Positions 56,125 to 56,982 of a DNA stretch of 56,982 bases are shown here, one piece after another. The position numbers and the translations under genes are program-made. The notes under the pieces were generated by a model. That model had not been told where the DNA came from and searched no databases. It saw nothing but the letters and a program-made list of their open reading frames with translations. The stretch comes from Acidimicrobiia bacterium (GTDB lineage: Bacteria; Actinomycetota; Acidimicrobiia; Spongiisociales; Spongiisociaceae), in the NCBI GenBank assembly GCA_041576165.1, contig JBFGLM010000031.1:1-56982 (forward strand), given 5' to 3'. Positions within the stretch are counted from its first letter, which is position 1. Every line of letters begins with the position of its first letter.

Positions 56125-56982
56125 ATGATGGGGCAAACATTCTGGGGTCATTTCGTGAACGACGCCGGCCAGGCGAGGCGCGCATGCTTTCGGTTGGAAG
56201 ACGACGCCGTGGTCGTGACCGATGCGGCCGGGAACGAGCGGCGCTGGCACGCCACGTACGTGCGTGTCACAGCCGTGGCCAGCCCGCAGTTTCAGATGAG
56301 CATCGGAGGCTCGGCCAGCATCTTCCACCCGGACTCGCCCGGCGCCTTCATGTTCGGATTCCTCAGCGCTCTGCAGGACCTCAAGGCGGCGGCGGTCCAG
56401 CGCGGGGAAGCAGCAGACGGCACCCGTCCATCGCCAGAGCCCGATCGGGGCCCGGCCGCTTCGAGGCCGGCGAGTCCCGAGGCCGGTGAGCCGCTTCACC
56501 CGGCAGAGCGAGAACCCGAGCTGGCGGCGTCTGAGGATGCGGCCCCACTCGCCCTCCTCGAAGGCGACGCGGAAATGGTGATCGATCTCCGAACCGAGTC
56601 CCAGCAGGCAGCCGAACCCGCCGACCAAGCGGCATGGCAGCCCGGCCCGCACGAGGCACCACCGACACCGGCAGCCGCCGAGGACGAACCGGCCCCCACC
56701 GCCGAGGACGAACCGGCCCCCACCGCCGAGGACGAACCGGCCCCCACCGCCGAGGACGAACCGCCCCCTACCACCGAACCCACCGACCAACCGGCGTCGC
56801 AGCCCGGCCCGCACGACGCACCACCCACACCGGCAGCCGCCGAGGACGAACCGGCCCCCACCCCCGAGGACGAACCGGCCCCCACCGCCGAGGACGAACC
56901 GCCCCCCACATCCCAACCCACCGACCAACCGGCGTCGCAGCCCGGCCCGCACGACGCACCACCCACACCGGCAGCCGCCGAG
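56125..56982 (+). CDS. Hypothetical protein with Pro/Glu/Ala-rich repeats (runs off the window end)
   Basis: ATG 56125 (MMGQTFWGHFVNDAGQ...) is open with no stop to 56982. A ~95-aa globular-looking N-terminus is followed by AEDEPAPT repeats. The ORF track omits it because it has no stop. Confidence 0.7.
   Translation, partial: MMGQTFWGHFVNDAGQARRACFRLEDDAVVVTDAAGNERRWHATYVRVTAVASPQFQMSIGGSASIFHPDSPGAFMFGFLSALQDLKAAAVQRGEAADGTRPSPEPDRGPAASRPASPEAGEPLHPAEREPELAASEDAAPLALLEGDAEMVIDLRTESQQAAEPADQAAWQPGPHEAPPTPAAAEDEPAPTAEDEPAPTAEDEPAPTAEDEPPPTTEPTDQPASQPGPHDAPPTPAAAEDEPAPTPEDEPAPTAEDEPPPTSQPTDQPASQPGPHDAPPTPAAAE
56611..56982 (+). repeat. Nested coding tandem repeat: 66-bp block plus (24-bp unit)n
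   Basis: 66-bp blocks at 56611, 56773 and 56911. The 24-bp unit GCCGAGGACGAACCGGCCCCCACC occurs x4 (56677-56772) and x3 (56839-56910), with a partial copy at 56977. Confidence 0.92.

Noticed and set aside
56611-56982. Possible CRISPR array
   Set aside because: Units are directly adjacent with no unique spacers, lengths are multiples of 3 within an open frame, and no cas genes are present.
1-56982. tRNA, rRNA, insertion sequences, integrases, prophage
   Set aside because: No such motifs or genes were seen by eye. A tRNAscan-SE, Infernal/Rfam and ISEScan run would be needed to exclude small elements.

Overview
This is a high-GC, gene-dense window that looks actinobacterial. SLH repeats of the 'DDDGSVHE.AI.ALA.AGI' type, leaderless promoters and gene content suggest Acidimicrobiia (inference). 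I saw no rRNA, tRNA, CRISPR array, transposase or phage genes. The main element is a ~19-kb inositol/cyclitol catabolic island (10.2-29.4 kb). It holds two iolB, iolC, iolD, iolE and iolG, a sugar ABC importer whose permease carries a ~280-aa, 8-helix insertion, five extra oxidoreductases and a LacI regulator. A palindrome, TGGAACGTTCCA, occurs six times, always in intergenic DNA. Four copies sit on readable sigma70 promoters, and one links the distant iolA/mmsA gene (47 kb) to the island. No iolJ is present; a LacD-type aldolase at 43.6-44.5 kb is a candidate substitute. Other blocks: a carnitine/gamma-butyrobetaine-like CoA-dependent operon (30.8-36.4 kb); an ECF sigma/anti-sigma pair with back-to-back mirror promoters and an apparent CTG start; three frameshifted pseudogenes missed by the ORF track; housekeeping genes (dusB, menA, arfB, dodecin, a Pat-like acetyltransferase); and a truncated ORF with nested Pro/Glu/Ala tandem repeats at the right edge. 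All family calls come from motif recognition by eye, not database searches.
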